Assembly (NCBI GenBank): GCA_038087875.1
Contig: JAXLNO010005917.1
Location: 1-64,000, forward strand
Reading direction: 5' to 3'
DNA from: Malacoraja senta
Lineage: Eukaryota
Length of the DNA: 64,000 bases
Under the pieces are notes generated by a model, which saw only the letters and a program-made list of their open reading frames with translations, did no database searches and was not told the DNA's origin. Of this stretch, positions 63,706 to 64,000 are shown in pieces; positions within the stretch are counted from its first letter, which is position 1; each line of letters starts with the position of its first letter. The translations under genes and the position numbers were made by a program.

Positions 63706-64000
63706 TCTAAACTAGACTAGGGTTGTTTTTTTTTAATGATTGGAGACTTGGAAACTGAATGAAATCCAATTACATTGCAAAATCGGTTTTGGAATTTGAA
63801 CTTTAGTCCAATTATCGGAAGGAAGTAACACATCGCCTCCTTCAAAAGTATTGAATGTGACAAATAGATATTTTTATATGCACGGATATTGCAGATTTAA
63901 AATCCCTGCAGGGCATTTCAGCCTAGATAATTCTCCAAACAGATACATGGCCTTCTCCGTGGTAATGCTGGACCAAGAATAAACATATCATAGGTTTACA

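Noticed and set aside
17609-64000. 3' exons of UNC79, expected from mammalian synteny
   Set aside because: I could not find a minus-strand exon matching it. It may lie beyond the window; a translated search would settle this.

Overview
Eukaryotic (vertebrate) genomic DNA. The repeat complement (HE1-type tRNA-headed V-SINEs, CR1/HER1 tails) points to a cartilaginous fish, most likely a skate or ray; this is inference. The only host coding sequence I can identify is the last coding exon of PRIMA1 (proline-rich membrane anchor of acetylcholinesterase; + strand, 17509-17608), which the ORF track misses. That places 1-17508 in its last intron, with 3'UTR and intergenic DNA downstream. The rest is a dense transposon landscape: an internally deleted Ty3/gypsy LTR element with a 5-bp TSD, two Tc1 elements, three related Helitrons (one with a PIF1 helicase remnant), L1, CR1, L2 and Rex1/Babar-like LINEs, about a dozen V-SINEs, a TTAA-flanked MITE and Penelope GIY-YIG remnants. 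The most notable signal is about 20 short, often palindromic repeats, several TSD-flanked, that carry a minimal type I hammerhead ribozyme motif (GT-CTGAAGA-A-GGGTCTCGACCC-GAAA-CGTC-ACC) and trace to the pseudo-LTR of a Penelope-like retroelement. All coordinates were read by hand, and the boundaries of old repeats are approximate.
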